Shown piece after piece: positions 31,561-45,381 of a stretch of DNA of 52,600 bases. The DNA is from Burkholderiaceae bacterium (lineage in GTDB: Bacteria > Pseudomonadota > Gammaproteobacteria > Burkholderiales > Burkholderiaceae_A): positions 1-52,600 of the forward strand of contig JALRJP010000002.1 of the NCBI GenBank assembly GCA_023261135.1, in the 5' to 3' direction. A program made the translations under genes and the position numbers. Numbering within the stretch: the first letter of the stretch is position 1; the number at the start of each line of letters is the position of its first letter. Under the pieces are notes generated by a model. The model saw only the letters and a list, made by a program, of their open reading frames with translations, had not been told where the DNA came from and searched no databases.

Positions 31561-32880
31561 CCAGAGGTCTCTCGGAATTTTTTCAAGCTCAATGAGATCC
31601 TCAAAGGTTTCCCGACGTCGGATGAGATCGACCTGACCGCTTTCGCGGAGCAGGACTTCGGGCGGGCGTGGTCGACTGTTGTAGTTCGAGCCCATGGTAC
31701 TTCCGTAGGCACCCGCCGAGGCGAAGGCCAGAAGGTCGCCTTCGAACAGGCCAAGGCTTCGGTCGCGGGCAAGCCAGTCGCCGGTTTCACAGACAGGGCC
31801 CACCACGTCCCATCTGCGTAATTCAGCCTTGGGCTGACTGGGATGCAAAAGCATAAGGTCGTGCCATGCCTGATAAAGGCTTGGGCGCATGAGGTCATTC
31901 ATGGCGGCGTCCACAACAGCAAAGTGCTTGGCCTCGGGATCGCTCGATGGCTTGAGCAAAAGCACCTGGCTCAATAGCAGCCCGGCTGCACCTACAATGG
32001 AGCGACCCATTTCAAAGACCACTTGAGGTTCTTTGCAGCCCGTTGACTGTGCCCAGTTCGCGACCATTTGCAGGCCTTGATTCTTAAGCTCATCAGCCGA
32101 CGGCGGCTGCTCGTCGTGATAACAAATGCCGAGTCCCCCGCCAAGGTCGATGTGCTCGAGCTCGATGCCCAGGCCGTGAAGGTCGGTTGCAAAGAGGAGT
32201 AGGCGCTGCGTGGCATCCTGAAAAGGTTTCAGCGTTGTTATTTGTGAGCCAATATGGCAGTCGACCCCGACCACTCGAAGATGCCTGTTTTTAAGCGCGC
32301 GCTTGTAGCCCTCGAGCGCATCTTGAATGCCCAGGCCAAACTTATTCTCTTTGAGGCCCGTTGAAATATAGGGATGGGTCTGTGCATCGATATCCGGGTT
32401 CACGCGAATGGAAATGGGTGCGATCCGCTTTAGCGAGCTAGCTACCGATGCAAGCTGATCGAGCTCGGCCAGGCTCTCGACGTTAATACAACCAATGCCC
32501 TGCTCAAGTGCATAACGCAACTCATGAATTGATTTTCCAACTCCGGAGAAGACCACGCGCTCGGGATGACCCCCTGCAGCAAGGACTCGGCGCAACTCGC
32601 CTGCTGAGACGATATCGAAGCCCGCCCCCGCGCGGGCGAGAATCCGAAGAACAGCCAGATTGGAGTTTGCCTTTACTGCGAAACAGATGCGAGCAGACCG
32701 ACCTTCGGGGTCTGGGCGTGCAAGCGTGGCGTAAGCCTCCAGAATGGCGGCTTCGGAGTATACGTAGCAAGGCGTACCCCATTGACGAGCAATATCAGCA
32801 AGCCGAACACCTTGGCAATAAAGCCAGCCTTCTTTCGCTTCATAAGGCCAGGGCAGGGACTGCGGTCTTGCTGTGGTCAT
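31555..32880 (-). CDS. lysA: Diaminopimelate decarboxylase
   Basis: GTPCYVYS, FAVKANSN (PLP Lys), HPYISTG..ENKFG, CHIGSQI, DLGGGLG, GPVCETGD, GAYGSTMGSNYN. Confidence 0.98.
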   Translation of the reverse strand: MTTARPQSLPWPYEAKEGWLYCQGVRLADIARQWGTPCYVYSEAAILEAYATLARPDPEGRSARICFAVKANSNLAVLRILARAGAGFDIVSAGELRRVLAAGGHPERVVFSGVGKSIHELRYALEQGIGCINVESLAELDQLASVASSLKRIAPISIRVNPDIDAQTHPYISTGLKENKFGLGIQDALEGYKRALKNRHLRVVGVDCHIGSQITTLKPFQDATQRLLLFATDLHGLGIELEHIDLGGGLGICYHDEQPPSADELKNQGLQMVANWAQSTGCKEPQVVFEMGRSIVGAAGLLLSQVLLLKPSSDPEAKHFAVVDAAMNDLMRPSLYQAWHDLMLLHPSQPKAELRRWDVVGPVCETGDWLARDRSLGLFEGDLLAFASAGAYGSTMGSNYNSRPRPPEVLLRESGQVDLIRRRETFEDLIELEKIPRDLWD

Positions 32881-33185
32881 GGCTTTGGCTTGTTGGTGTT
32901 TGGCTGCTGGGGGCCGGATACGGCAGGGCCTGAACCAAGCGGAGTGTCAGGCGTTTCAAAAGGCGTGACGGGTTGAGGGAACTCTGGGCTAGGCATATAG
33001 AGCGGACCTTTTTGGCCGCAGCCCGTGAGCAAACAAAGCGAGGCGATGATCAGGCCCGCAAGGCCCAATCCGCAACTCGTCTGCCGACAGACAAACCTCT
33101 GGGCAGTTTCGACCGATGCACCAGACGGTCCATACGCGCACAGAGGGTAGGTGATTGAGCTTCTTGGACGCACGTATCTCCTCAA
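32877..33185 (-). CDS. lptM: LPS translocon maturation lipoprotein LptM (YifL/LppL family)
   Basis: Lipobox LLTG-C followed by GQKGPLYMP, the family signature; between lysA and cyaY; true start probably downstream of 33185. Confidence 0.85.
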   Translation of the reverse strand: MRRYVRPRSSITYPLCAYGPSGASVETAQRFVCRQTSCGLGLAGLIIASLCLLTGCGQKGPLYMPSPEFPQPVTPFETPDTPLGSGPAVSGPQQPNTNKPKP

Positions 33186-33211
33186 ACTGTCGTAACCTTT
33201 ACGCTGTGAGT

Positions 33212-33553
33212 ATGAACGAAACCCAGTACCTTCAAAAAATTGAAGAAGCCTTTGAATGGGCCGAATCGGTTGTTGACGACTGGGCCTCGCGGTATGACAT
33301 GGATCTTGAGTCCAAACGCATGGGCTCGGTTCTTGAGGTGGAGTTCGAGTCGGGTCAGAAAATTATTCTTAATGCGCAGGCCCCCACGCAACAACTCTGG
33401 CTGGCGTCGGTTGAGGGCGCGCATCATTTTGTCTGGCAGATCAATGAGCAGGCCTGGCTGGATACCCGGGGGCACGGATTTTTTCCTAACGTGTTTTTGA
33501 GACACGCCAAGTCAATTACCGGGCTTTCCAGTCTGGCCTTTCTGGAAGAGTAA
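33212..33553 (+). CDS. cyaY: Iron donor protein CyaY (frataxin)
   Basis: MNETQY, GSVLEVEF..GQKIILNAQAPTQQLWLAS..GAHHF; ATG 33212. Confidence 0.93.
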   Translation: MNETQYLQKIEEAFEWAESVVDDWASRYDMDLESKRMGSVLEVEFESGQKIILNAQAPTQQLWLASVEGAHHFVWQINEQAWLDTRGHGFFPNVFLRHAKSITGLSSLAFLEE

Positions 33554-35806
33554 CTCTTCAATCGTCACCGGGTCTTCAAGGCCCAGGTTCGAAACGCCAA
33601 CCCCAGGCGCACTGCCGGGGGTGTAAAGCTCTCCATTAATACGTAAGACACCCTCTGGCATAGCAGGAGTGGCAATAGGCACCTTTTTCAAGGCCTCCCG
33701 CATAAAGTCCATCCAGATGGGAAGCGCAAGTCCACCGCCTGTCTCCCGCTCGCCCAAAGACCTAGGCTGGCCATAGCCCACCCAGGCCAAAGCTGCGATA
33801 TTTCGCTGATAGCCGGCAAACCAGGCATCTTGTGCATCGTTGGTTGTGCCGGTCTTTCCTGCTAGGTCGGGACGTCCAAGACTAAGTGCCTTGCGGCCCG
33901 TGCCCACTCGAATAACATCTTGCAGCATAGAGTTAAGAATAAAAACATCTTGGGGCTCAATGATGCGAGGCGCCTCGCGTTCTGCACGTGCCGGCTCTGT
34001 CTGGCTTAAGAGGTTTCCTGATTCATCAACGACCCGGTCAATAAAGTAAGGCGTGACCCGGAAGCCACCGTTAGCAATTGCTGCATAGCCCGTTGCCATT
34101 TGCAGGGGTGTTACCGCTCCGGCGCCAAGTGCCAATGTTAGGTAAGGGGGGTTGCGTTCGGCCTCAAAGCCAAACCGGCTTAAGTAGCTTTGCCCATATC
34201 GAGGGCCGATACGATGAAGGATGCGAATGGAGACCATGTTCTTAGACTTTGCCAAGGCCTGGCGCATGGTCAAAGGCCCTTCGTACCTGTCGTCGTAGTT
34301 CTTTGGCTCCCAGGGCTCCCCTCCCGTTTCTCCCGGGTCAAAACTAACGGGCGCATCATTAATAAGAGTTGCGGGAGAAAAACCTTTTTCTAGAGCAGCT
34401 CCGTAGACAAACGGCTTCAGGGTTGAGCCCGGTTGACGGTAGGCCTGGGTGACATTGTTAAATTCGCTACGTCGGAAATCGAAGCCCCCCACCAAGGCAC
34501 GAACCGCTCCAGTGTCGGACTGCAGGGCAACGAAGGCCCCCTCGACTTCAGGAAGTTGTGTGATTTCCCATTCCCCGCTGTCCATTAGTCCAATACGTAC
34601 AACAGCACCAGGCTGTAACCGAAGGTTTTGTGGGGCATTGGCTTCTAGACCGTTGCGGGCAAATTGCAGGCCATTGCCTGTGATGTTGAACTGTCGCCCT
34701 TGACTGCGGCTTACGACAACTTTGTCCTTCGCCACTTCAATGACCACCGAGGTAAAAAGTCGATCGCTGTCGGGTCGGTCGCTAATGATGTCGTCAACCG
34801 CATCTTGACGAGCCTCTGGCTCAGAGGGCAGATCAATACGCGCTTCGGGGCCGCGCCAGCCAAGCTTTCGGTCGTAGCTGAGAAGGCCCGCACGAAGGGC
34901 GTCGTAGGCGGCCTTCTGCTCGTAGGAGCGTACAGTCGTAAAGACGGTAAGGCCACGGCTGTACGCTTCTTCCCTGAACTGGTTGTAAATTTGGATGCGG
35001 ACCATCTCGGCAAGGTAGGCAGCATTTACCGCATAGTCATCGGCCTGGCCAATCACCTTTATGTTCTCGAGAATGGCGCGACGGAATTCGGCCTCGGTGA
35101 TCATGCCCAGTTTGAGCATTCGACCAAGTACGTATTCTTGGCGCACTTTAGCGCGACGGGGATTGACTACGGGGTTAAAGGCCGAGGGTGCCTTTGGAAG
35201 GCCCGCGAGCATTGCGGCCTCGGCAAGACTAACCCTTTGTACGGGTTTGCTGAAGTAGATTTGGGAAGCTGCCGCAAAGCCGTAAGCCCTGCGCCCCAGG
35301 AAAATCTGGTTTAAGTAAAGCTCAAGAATTTGGTTTTTCGAGAGCTTGCGCTCAATTTCAATGGCAAGCAAAATTTCAAAGAGTTTTCGGGTGAATGTTT
35401 TTTCGGCCGAGAGGTAGAAGTTCCGAGCCACCTGCATGGTGATGGTGCTAGCGCCTTGGGCCTTGCTTGCCGTCAGAAGGTTGGTGGTTGCCGAGCGCAG
35501 GATGCCCAGTGGGTCAATACCAACGTGCTCAAAGAATCGCTCATCTTCGGCCGCCAGAATGGCATTGATAAGAACGGCGGGCGCCTGTTCGGTACGTATG
35601 ACGCTCCGACGCTCTTCGCCGAACTCGCCAATTAGAACGCCATCGGCCGTCATGACTCTAAGTGGCACCTTAGGCCGATAGTCGGCGAGGGCCTTGACCT
35701 CGGGAAGCCGTGGGCTTGCCAGCGCCACTACCAAAAGAACGCTGGCAATGGCCGCTACAAATAACAGAGCGAGGATTGCAATAGCTTGGGTGAGTTTATG
35801 AGTCAC
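33512..35806 (-). CDS. mrcA: Penicillin-binding protein 1A (bifunctional transglycosylase/transpeptidase)
   Basis: AAEDERFFEH, QGASTITMQVARN, RKLFE, LYLNQIFLG, SxxK in QPGSTLKP, SKN, KTGT; GTG start. Confidence 0.97.
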   Translation of the reverse strand: MTHKLTQAIAILALLFVAAIASVLLVVALASPRLPEVKALADYRPKVPLRVMTADGVLIGEFGEERRSVIRTEQAPAVLINAILAAEDERFFEHVGIDPLGILRSATTNLLTASKAQGASTITMQVARNFYLSAEKTFTRKLFEILLAIEIERKLSKNQILELYLNQIFLGRRAYGFAAASQIYFSKPVQRVSLAEAAMLAGLPKAPSAFNPVVNPRRAKVRQEYVLGRMLKLGMITEAEFRRAILENIKVIGQADDYAVNAAYLAEMVRIQIYNQFREEAYSRGLTVFTTVRSYEQKAAYDALRAGLLSYDRKLGWRGPEARIDLPSEPEARQDAVDDIISDRPDSDRLFTSVVIEVAKDKVVVSRSQGRQFNITGNGLQFARNGLEANAPQNLRLQPGAVVRIGLMDSGEWEITQLPEVEGAFVALQSDTGAVRALVGGFDFRRSEFNNVTQAYRQPGSTLKPFVYGAALEKGFSPATLINDAPVSFDPGETGGEPWEPKNYDDRYEGPLTMRQALAKSKNMVSIRILHRIGPRYGQSYLSRFGFEAERNPPYLTLALGAGAVTPLQMATGYAAIANGGFRVTPYFIDRVVDESGNLLSQTEPARAEREAPRIIEPQDVFILNSMLQDVIRVGTGRKALSLGRPDLAGKTGTTNDAQDAWFAGYQRNIAALAWVGYGQPRSLGERETGGGLALPIWMDFMREALKKVPIATPAMPEGVLRINGELYTPGSAPGVGVSNLGLEDPVTIEELLFQKGQTGKPGN

Positions 35807-35839
35807 GCTTTGATTATCGCCTGTTAGACTGAACTTCTA

Positions 35840-36477
35840 ATGAAATCATCAGCACTTTGGTCAAACGCAAGCAATATTGTCCTTATTGGGCTTATGGGTG
35901 CAGGCAAAAGCACCATTGGCCGCAAGCTTGCGATGCGGCTTGGCCGCGAGTTCGTAGACACCGATCAAGAAATTGAGGCGAAGTCTGGGGCCTCGGTCGC
36001 CACCATTTTTGAGCTCGAGGGGAAGAAGGCTTTCGGCGTCGAGAAGCCAAGATGCTTTTAGAGGTCATGCAGGGCAGTCGGCAGGTCGTAACAACGGGTG
36101 GTGGTGCGCCAGTTAGGTCCGAGAATCGGCCCGTTATTTCAAAGGGGTTTGTGATTTACCTTGAGGCGGACCCCCGCCAGCTCTGGCAGCGTTTACGTTT
36201 TGATCAGTCCAGGCCTTTGCTTAGTCAGTCAAGTGACCCCCGGGCCACTTTGGAAAAGCTTCATGCCGAACGTGACCCCATTTATCGGCAACTCGCAAAC
36301 TGCATCGTCACCAGTACAAGGGGTTCTATGGGTCAGGTGCTTGTGCAAATTGAGCAGGAACTGAAGCGCGTTGGCTTTGCTTTGACTGACGAGACTATCA
36401 TCCCGCAAAGTGTGTCGGACCACAGGTCAATCAAGGCGGACCAGGCAACAGAGTCAAAGCTAAAACAAGAGGGGTGA
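35840..36477 (+). pseudogene. aroK: Shikimate kinase, split by a 1-nt frameshift at a G4 run (36019-36022); may be a sequencing/assembly error
   Basis: 5' ORF 35840-36061 has LIGLMGAGKSTIG and DTDQEIE..GASVATIFELEG; 3' frame continues EEGFRRRE, TTGGG, DQSRPLL, ERDPIYR. Adding one G gives a continuous 212-aa AroK. Confidence 0.9.
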
Positions 36478-36483
36478 TGCTTG

Positions 36484-37644
36484 ATGGCGTCTGAATTAGT
36501 GCATGAATCGAGTAAGGTAGAGACAGACGGCCCTGCCGTCAGAGAACTGCACGTTGCCTTAGGTGACCGCAGCTATCCCATTCACATTGGTGCTGGGCTG
36601 CTTAGCGACTCGGACCTCTGGGCAAACCTGCTTCCAAGCCCTGCCTCGCGCAAACTGGCTTTAGTCACCAACGATTGTGTCGGGCCGCTTTATGCGGACG
36701 CTCTTAAGGCAACGCTCGAGTCCCTTGGTTGCCAGATTACAACCATTGTTCTTCCAGATGGTGAGCAGTTCAAAACACTTGAGAGCTTTGGCAAGGTCAT
36801 TGATGGACTTATGCAAGCACGCATGGAACGCAAGTCCACTTTAATTGCCCTGGGCGGTGGTGTGGTTGGGGACTTGGCGGGGTTTGCGGCGGCATGTTAC
36901 CAGCGTGGTATGCCATTTATTCAGGCGCCTACCACCCTTTTGTCTCAGGTGGACTCCTCCGTGGGGGGTAAGACCGCGGTGAATCACCCTTTAGGTAAAA
37001 ACATGGTCGGGGCGTTCTATCAGCCACAGGCGGTGGTCATTGATCTCCAGACCCTTGTCACCCTGCCCGACCAAGAACTCTCGGCAGGCATGGCCGAAGT
37101 AATTAAGTACGGCTGCATCATGGACGAAACCTTTTTTGACTGGCTTGAGGCCCATATGCCTGCCTTGATGGCGCGTGATCCCGAGCTCTTGGCCCAGGCA
37201 GTCTATCGATGCTGCGAGCTAAAGGCACAGGTCGTTGCTTTGGATGAGCGCGAATCAGGTGCACGCGCCTTGTTGAATTTTGGCCATACCTTTGGGCATG
37301 CCATTGAATCCGAAATGGGTTACGGCCACTGGCTTCACGGGGAGGCTGTTGGCTGTGGGATGCGAATTGCGTCTGAGCTCTCTTCTCAGTTGGGACTTCT
37401 CGACGCAAAAGCCAAGGGTCGCATTGAGCGGCTCATCGCGGCGGCGGGGCTTCCCACCCAGGCCCCAGACTGGCCTGCCCAGACCTACTTGAAGGCGATG
37501 GCCCATGACAAGAAGGCAGAGGCCGGCGAAATTCGTTATGTCTTACTCCAGGCCATGGGCAAGGCCTTTGTGCGTGCCGTGGACAATCAGGCTGTGAGTC
37601 AGGCGCTCAAGGTAAGCCAGCTTCCTATCGCCGCGCGGGGCTAA
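36484..37644 (+). CDS. aroB: 3-dehydroquinate synthase
   Basis: [67 protein letters not shown]. Confidence 0.98.
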   Translation: MASELVHESSKVETDGPAVRELHVALGDRSYPIHIGAGLLSDSDLWANLLPSPASRKLALVTNDCVGPLYADALKATLESLGCQITTIVLPDGEQFKTLESFGKVIDGLMQARMERKSTLIALGGGVVGDLAGFAAACYQRGMPFIQAPTTLLSQVDSSVGGKTAVNHPLGKNMVGAFYQPQAVVIDLQTLVTLPDQELSAGMAEVIKYGCIMDETFFDWLEAHMPALMARDPELLAQAVYRCCELKAQVVALDERESGARALLNFGHTFGHAIESEMGYGHWLHGEAVGCGMRIASELSSQLGLLDAKAKGRIERLIAAAGLPTQAPDWPAQTYLKAMAHDKKAEAGEIRYVLLQAMGKAFVRAVDNQAVSQALKVSQLPIAARG

Positions 37645-37653
37645 CGTACAGCT

Positions 37654-38364
37654 ATGGCAAGAAGGCCCCGTGAGGCTACCGCTGGCCGGGTTTATCATCT
37701 TGCGCAGCTTGGCCATAACGGTCAGCCATTTTTAAAAGATGAGACCGATCGCGGGCACTATTTTCATACTTTTAGTCAGGCGGCCCTTGGCCGCGGACTG
37801 ATTCTTCACGGCTGGTGCCTGCTCGAGTCCGAGGCTCACTGGCTGGTCTGCCCTCAGCGCAGTGACGCCTTGCCTGCGGTGCTTCAGCAGACGGGCCGCC
37901 GTTACGTACGTCACTTCAATGGACGGTGGGCTCTACGAGGCTCGCCCTGGGACGGCCGCTACAGAAGCTATTGGTTGGATGTTCAGGCGTACGGCCTGGC
38001 CCTCATGCGCTGGCTCGAATGGCGGTCTGTTGAGCTGGGTTTGTCGTCTCAGCCGCTTGACTGGGCATGGACAACGGCGAGTCTCCTGCTCGGGCACCGT
38101 CAGCCGAGTTCCGCGGTGCCTTTTCGGCCGATCGAGGCCTATTGGCAGCTTGGCAACACCCCCTTTGAGCGTGAGGCACGTTTTTCAGAGTTTGCGCAAG
38201 AACGGCCGCTGGAGGCCGTTCTGCCTGACCCGCTCAGTCACCTGAGGTCGTCAAGGCCTATGCTCAGTGCGCAGCTCTGGGCCCGTCTTCCGGAGTCCGA
38301 GCAAGCGCGTTGGCAACGCAGACCACGGGGTCGGCCACCCAAGCTCGAATATGTCCCCATTTAA
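37654..38364 (+). CDS. IS200/RAYT-like (Y1) tyrosine transposase homolog with degenerate catalytic motifs and a C-terminal AT-hook
   Basis: MARRPR...YHLAQLGHNGQPF, HGWCLL, QQTGRRYVRHFN, GSPWDGRYRS, DWAWTT, YWQLGNTPFERE follow the Y1_Tnp pattern; HUH reads E60-A61-H62, the catalytic YIELNPV-type segment reads W120-LEWRSV; ends RRPRGRPPK. Confidence 0.85.
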   Translation: MARRPREATAGRVYHLAQLGHNGQPFLKDETDRGHYFHTFSQAALGRGLILHGWCLLESEAHWLVCPQRSDALPAVLQQTGRRYVRHFNGRWALRGSPWDGRYRSYWLDVQAYGLALMRWLEWRSVELGLSSQPLDWAWTTASLLLGHRQPSSAVPFRPIEAYWQLGNTPFEREARFSEFAQERPLEAVLPDPLSHLRSSRPMLSAQLWARLPESEQARWQRRPRGRPPKLEYVPI

Positions 38365-38411
38365 TTGGACGGACCCGCTTAGCCCAAATTAATTTGATTC
38401 TGACCCTATTT
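38352..38411 (+). repeat. Imperfect direct repeat TG(T/A)CCC(C/T)ATTT flanking a perfect 12-bp palindrome
   Basis: TGTCCCCATTT at 38352-38362 and TGACCCTATTT at 38401-38411 (49 bp apart); CAAATTAATTTG at 38385-38396. Confidence 0.55.
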
Positions 38412-38544
38412 TTTAAGCCGGTTTGAATTGGTTTTTCTGGCCTTTTAAATCGCGTAGGCCGTCAAAACTTCGTCATAATCGAGGCCTTTTCCGATTCAAA
38501 GCCATTCTTGTATCACCGCCCGTCCGGGCAGGAGCCTCACATTT

Positions 38545-43344
<4,800 letters not shown>

Positions 43345-43376
43345 TTGTCAAAGCTGCATACGAAAGGATTTATGCC

Positions 43377-44843
43377 ATGGGTAAGGCAACAGGGTTTTTA
43401 GAACTTCAGCGCATTGAAGAAGGCTATGAGCCAGCAGACAAACGGCTAAAGCATTACAAAGAGTTTGTAATTGGCCTGGCCGAAGAAGACGCCGCCAAGC
43501 AGGCCGCGCGATGCATGGACTGTGGCATTCCGTTTTGTAACAACGGCTGCCCAGTTAACAACATCATTCCCGACTTCAATGACCTGGTGTATAGGCACCA
43601 GTGGAAGCAGGCTTTAGATACGCTGCATTCCACCAACAATTTTCCAGAGTTCACCGGACGTATCTGCCCCGCTCCCTGCGAGGCCGCCTGCACGCTCAAT
43701 TTCAATAACGATGCCGTGGGGATCAAGTCCATTGAGCACGCCATTATTGATCGTGGCTGGAAAGAGGGCTGGGTGGTTCCGCAGCCCTCAAGCCAGAAGA
43801 CAGGCAAGAGGGTTGCGGTGGTTGGCTCGGGCCCGGCGGGTCTTGCCGCCGCCCAACAGCTTGCGCGTGTAGGCCATCAAGTTACCGTCTTTGAAAAGAA
43901 CGACCGCGTTGGAGGTCTGCTGCGCTATGGTATTCCCGACTTCAAGATGGAAAAGTCACACATCGATCGACGAGTGGAGCAGATGCAGGCCGAGGGCGTT
44001 GCCTTTGAGACGGGTGTTCTTGTTGCGGAACTGCCCAAAGACACCAAGGTCACCAACTGGGCGAAGAAGACCCTAAGCCCCAAGCAACTGCTTGATGATT
44101 TCGATGCCGTGTTGCTTACGGGCGGTGCGGAACAACCCCGCGACCTTCCGGTGCCAGGCCGTGAACTGCAAGGCGTCCACTTCGCTATGGAGTTTCTTCC
44201 CGCCCAGAACAAGGTCAATGCTGGCGATAAAGTGGCCGATCAGATTCGTGCCGATGGTAAACATGTGGTGGTGATTGGAGGGGGCGATACGGGGTCGGAC
44301 TGCGTAGGCACCAGTAATCGTCATGGTGCTAAGTCGGTGACCCAGTTCGAGCTCATGCCTATGCCGCCTGAGCAGGAGAACAAGCCCTTGGTCTGGCCCT
44401 ATTGGCCGCAAAAACTCCGCACCTCGTCAAGCCATGAAGAAGGATGCGACCGGGAATTTGCCATTGCCACAAAAGAGTTTATTGGCGAGAAGGGGCGCGT
44501 CACGGCGCTCAAGGCGGTCAGGGTGGAGTGGAAGGACGGCAAGATGCAAGAGGTCTCAGGCAGCGAGCAGGTCATGCCTGCTGACTTGGTCCTGCTTGCT
44601 ATGGGCTTTGTCTCCCCGGTGGGCTCGGTCCTTGAGGCCTTCGGCGTCGACAAAGATGCAAGAGGCAATGCCAAGTCCGATACAGAAGGCGAGGCGGCTT
44701 ACATTACCAATGTGCCCAAAGTGTTTGCTGCAGGGGATATGCGCCGTGGTCAGTCGTTGGTGGTCTGGGCTATTCGTGAGGGCCGGCAGGCCGCTCGTGC
44801 GGTAGACACTTTCTTAATGGGTAGCTCTGTTCTTCCGCGTTAA
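43377..44843 (+). CDS. gltD: Glutamate synthase small subunit
   Basis: [70 protein letters not shown]; ATG 43377 with AAGGA upstream. Confidence 0.98.
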   Translation: MGKATGFLELQRIEEGYEPADKRLKHYKEFVIGLAEEDAAKQAARCMDCGIPFCNNGCPVNNIIPDFNDLVYRHQWKQALDTLHSTNNFPEFTGRICPAPCEAACTLNFNNDAVGIKSIEHAIIDRGWKEGWVVPQPSSQKTGKRVAVVGSGPAGLAAAQQLARVGHQVTVFEKNDRVGGLLRYGIPDFKMEKSHIDRRVEQMQAEGVAFETGVLVAELPKDTKVTNWAKKTLSPKQLLDDFDAVLLTGGAEQPRDLPVPGRELQGVHFAMEFLPAQNKVNAGDKVADQIRADGKHVVVIGGGDTGSDCVGTSNRHGAKSVTQFELMPMPPEQENKPLVWPYWPQKLRTSSSHEEGCDREFAIATKEFIGEKGRVTALKAVRVEWKDGKMQEVSGSEQVMPADLVLLAMGFVSPVGSVLEAFGVDKDARGNAKSDTEGEAAYITNVPKVFAAGDMRRGQSLVVWAIREGRQAARAVDTFLMGSSVLPR

Positions 44844-44854
44844 TTCTTCTTGGC

Positions 44855-44898
44855 CTTGGCCCGGGTTCGAAGGCGTCTGCCTTTTTAATCCGGCCAAG
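44855..44898. terminator. Long hairpin between convergent gltD and the OsmC-family gene
   Basis: CTTGG-C-CCGGGTT-CG-AAGGC-GTCT-GCCTT-TTT-AATCCGG-CCAAG; the inner stem AAGGC/GCCTT runs into a short T tract. Confidence 0.5.
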
Positions 44899-44900
44899 CC

Positions 44901-45326
44901 TTAATCAAGGTCAAGCGCGGTCTCAATATGCGTGCGGCCCTCAAGCAGTCGATGAATCGGGCACTTGTTGGCAATTTCAATAAGTCGTCCCTCTTGGTCA
45001 GCTGTGAGGTCTCCTTCCACTTTGACCACGCGCCGAAGCTGATAGTCCATCTTGCCATCGTCAGCGCGGGCCTCGCCCAGACGTTCAACGCGGCACTGAA
45101 TGCGGTCGACCTTCCAGTCGGGCTTGCGCTTTAAGTAAAGTTCAAGGGTCAGCACGGTGCAGGCGGCGAGTGCGGAGTCGAGAAGGTCATGAGGGTCGGG
45201 CGCTGTGTCTTCAGATCCTAGCGTTTTAGGGACATCAGCCACCCAGCGGTGGCGACCATTGGTTAACATCGTTGTGAGTCCGTTGACTCGGGTCAAGGTG
45301 GCTTCAATGGTTGCGGAGGACGACAT
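44901..45326 (-). CDS. OsmC/YhfA-family protein
   Basis: ADVPKTLGSEDTAPDPHDLLDSALAAC (first Cys) and IANKCPIHR (second Cys). Confidence 0.88.
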   Translation of the reverse strand: MSSSATIEATLTRVNGLTTMLTNGRHRWVADVPKTLGSEDTAPDPHDLLDSALAACTVLTLELYLKRKPDWKVDRIQCRVERLGEARADDGKMDYQLRRVVKVEGDLTADQEGRLIEIANKCPIHRLLEGRTHIETALDLD

Positions 45327-45381
45327 GAGTAAAACCTTTCAATGGAATCGTTGGGCGGGCTCTTTAGTGCCACTGTTCATT

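Noticed and set aside
34664-35314. 216-aa plus-strand ORF antisense to mrcA (and similar shadow ORFs such as 9122-9721, 8348-8866, 40996-41514, 47958-48491, 31410-31898)
   Set aside because: They overlap well-supported conserved genes almost entirely, show no recognisable motifs, and are expected in GC-rich coding DNA.
37654-38364. Calling the Y1 transposase homolog an active IS200/IS605 element
   Set aside because: HUH and catalytic Tyr are substituted, there is no tnpB, no subterminal hairpins and no second copy in the window, and it sits 9 bp from aroB.
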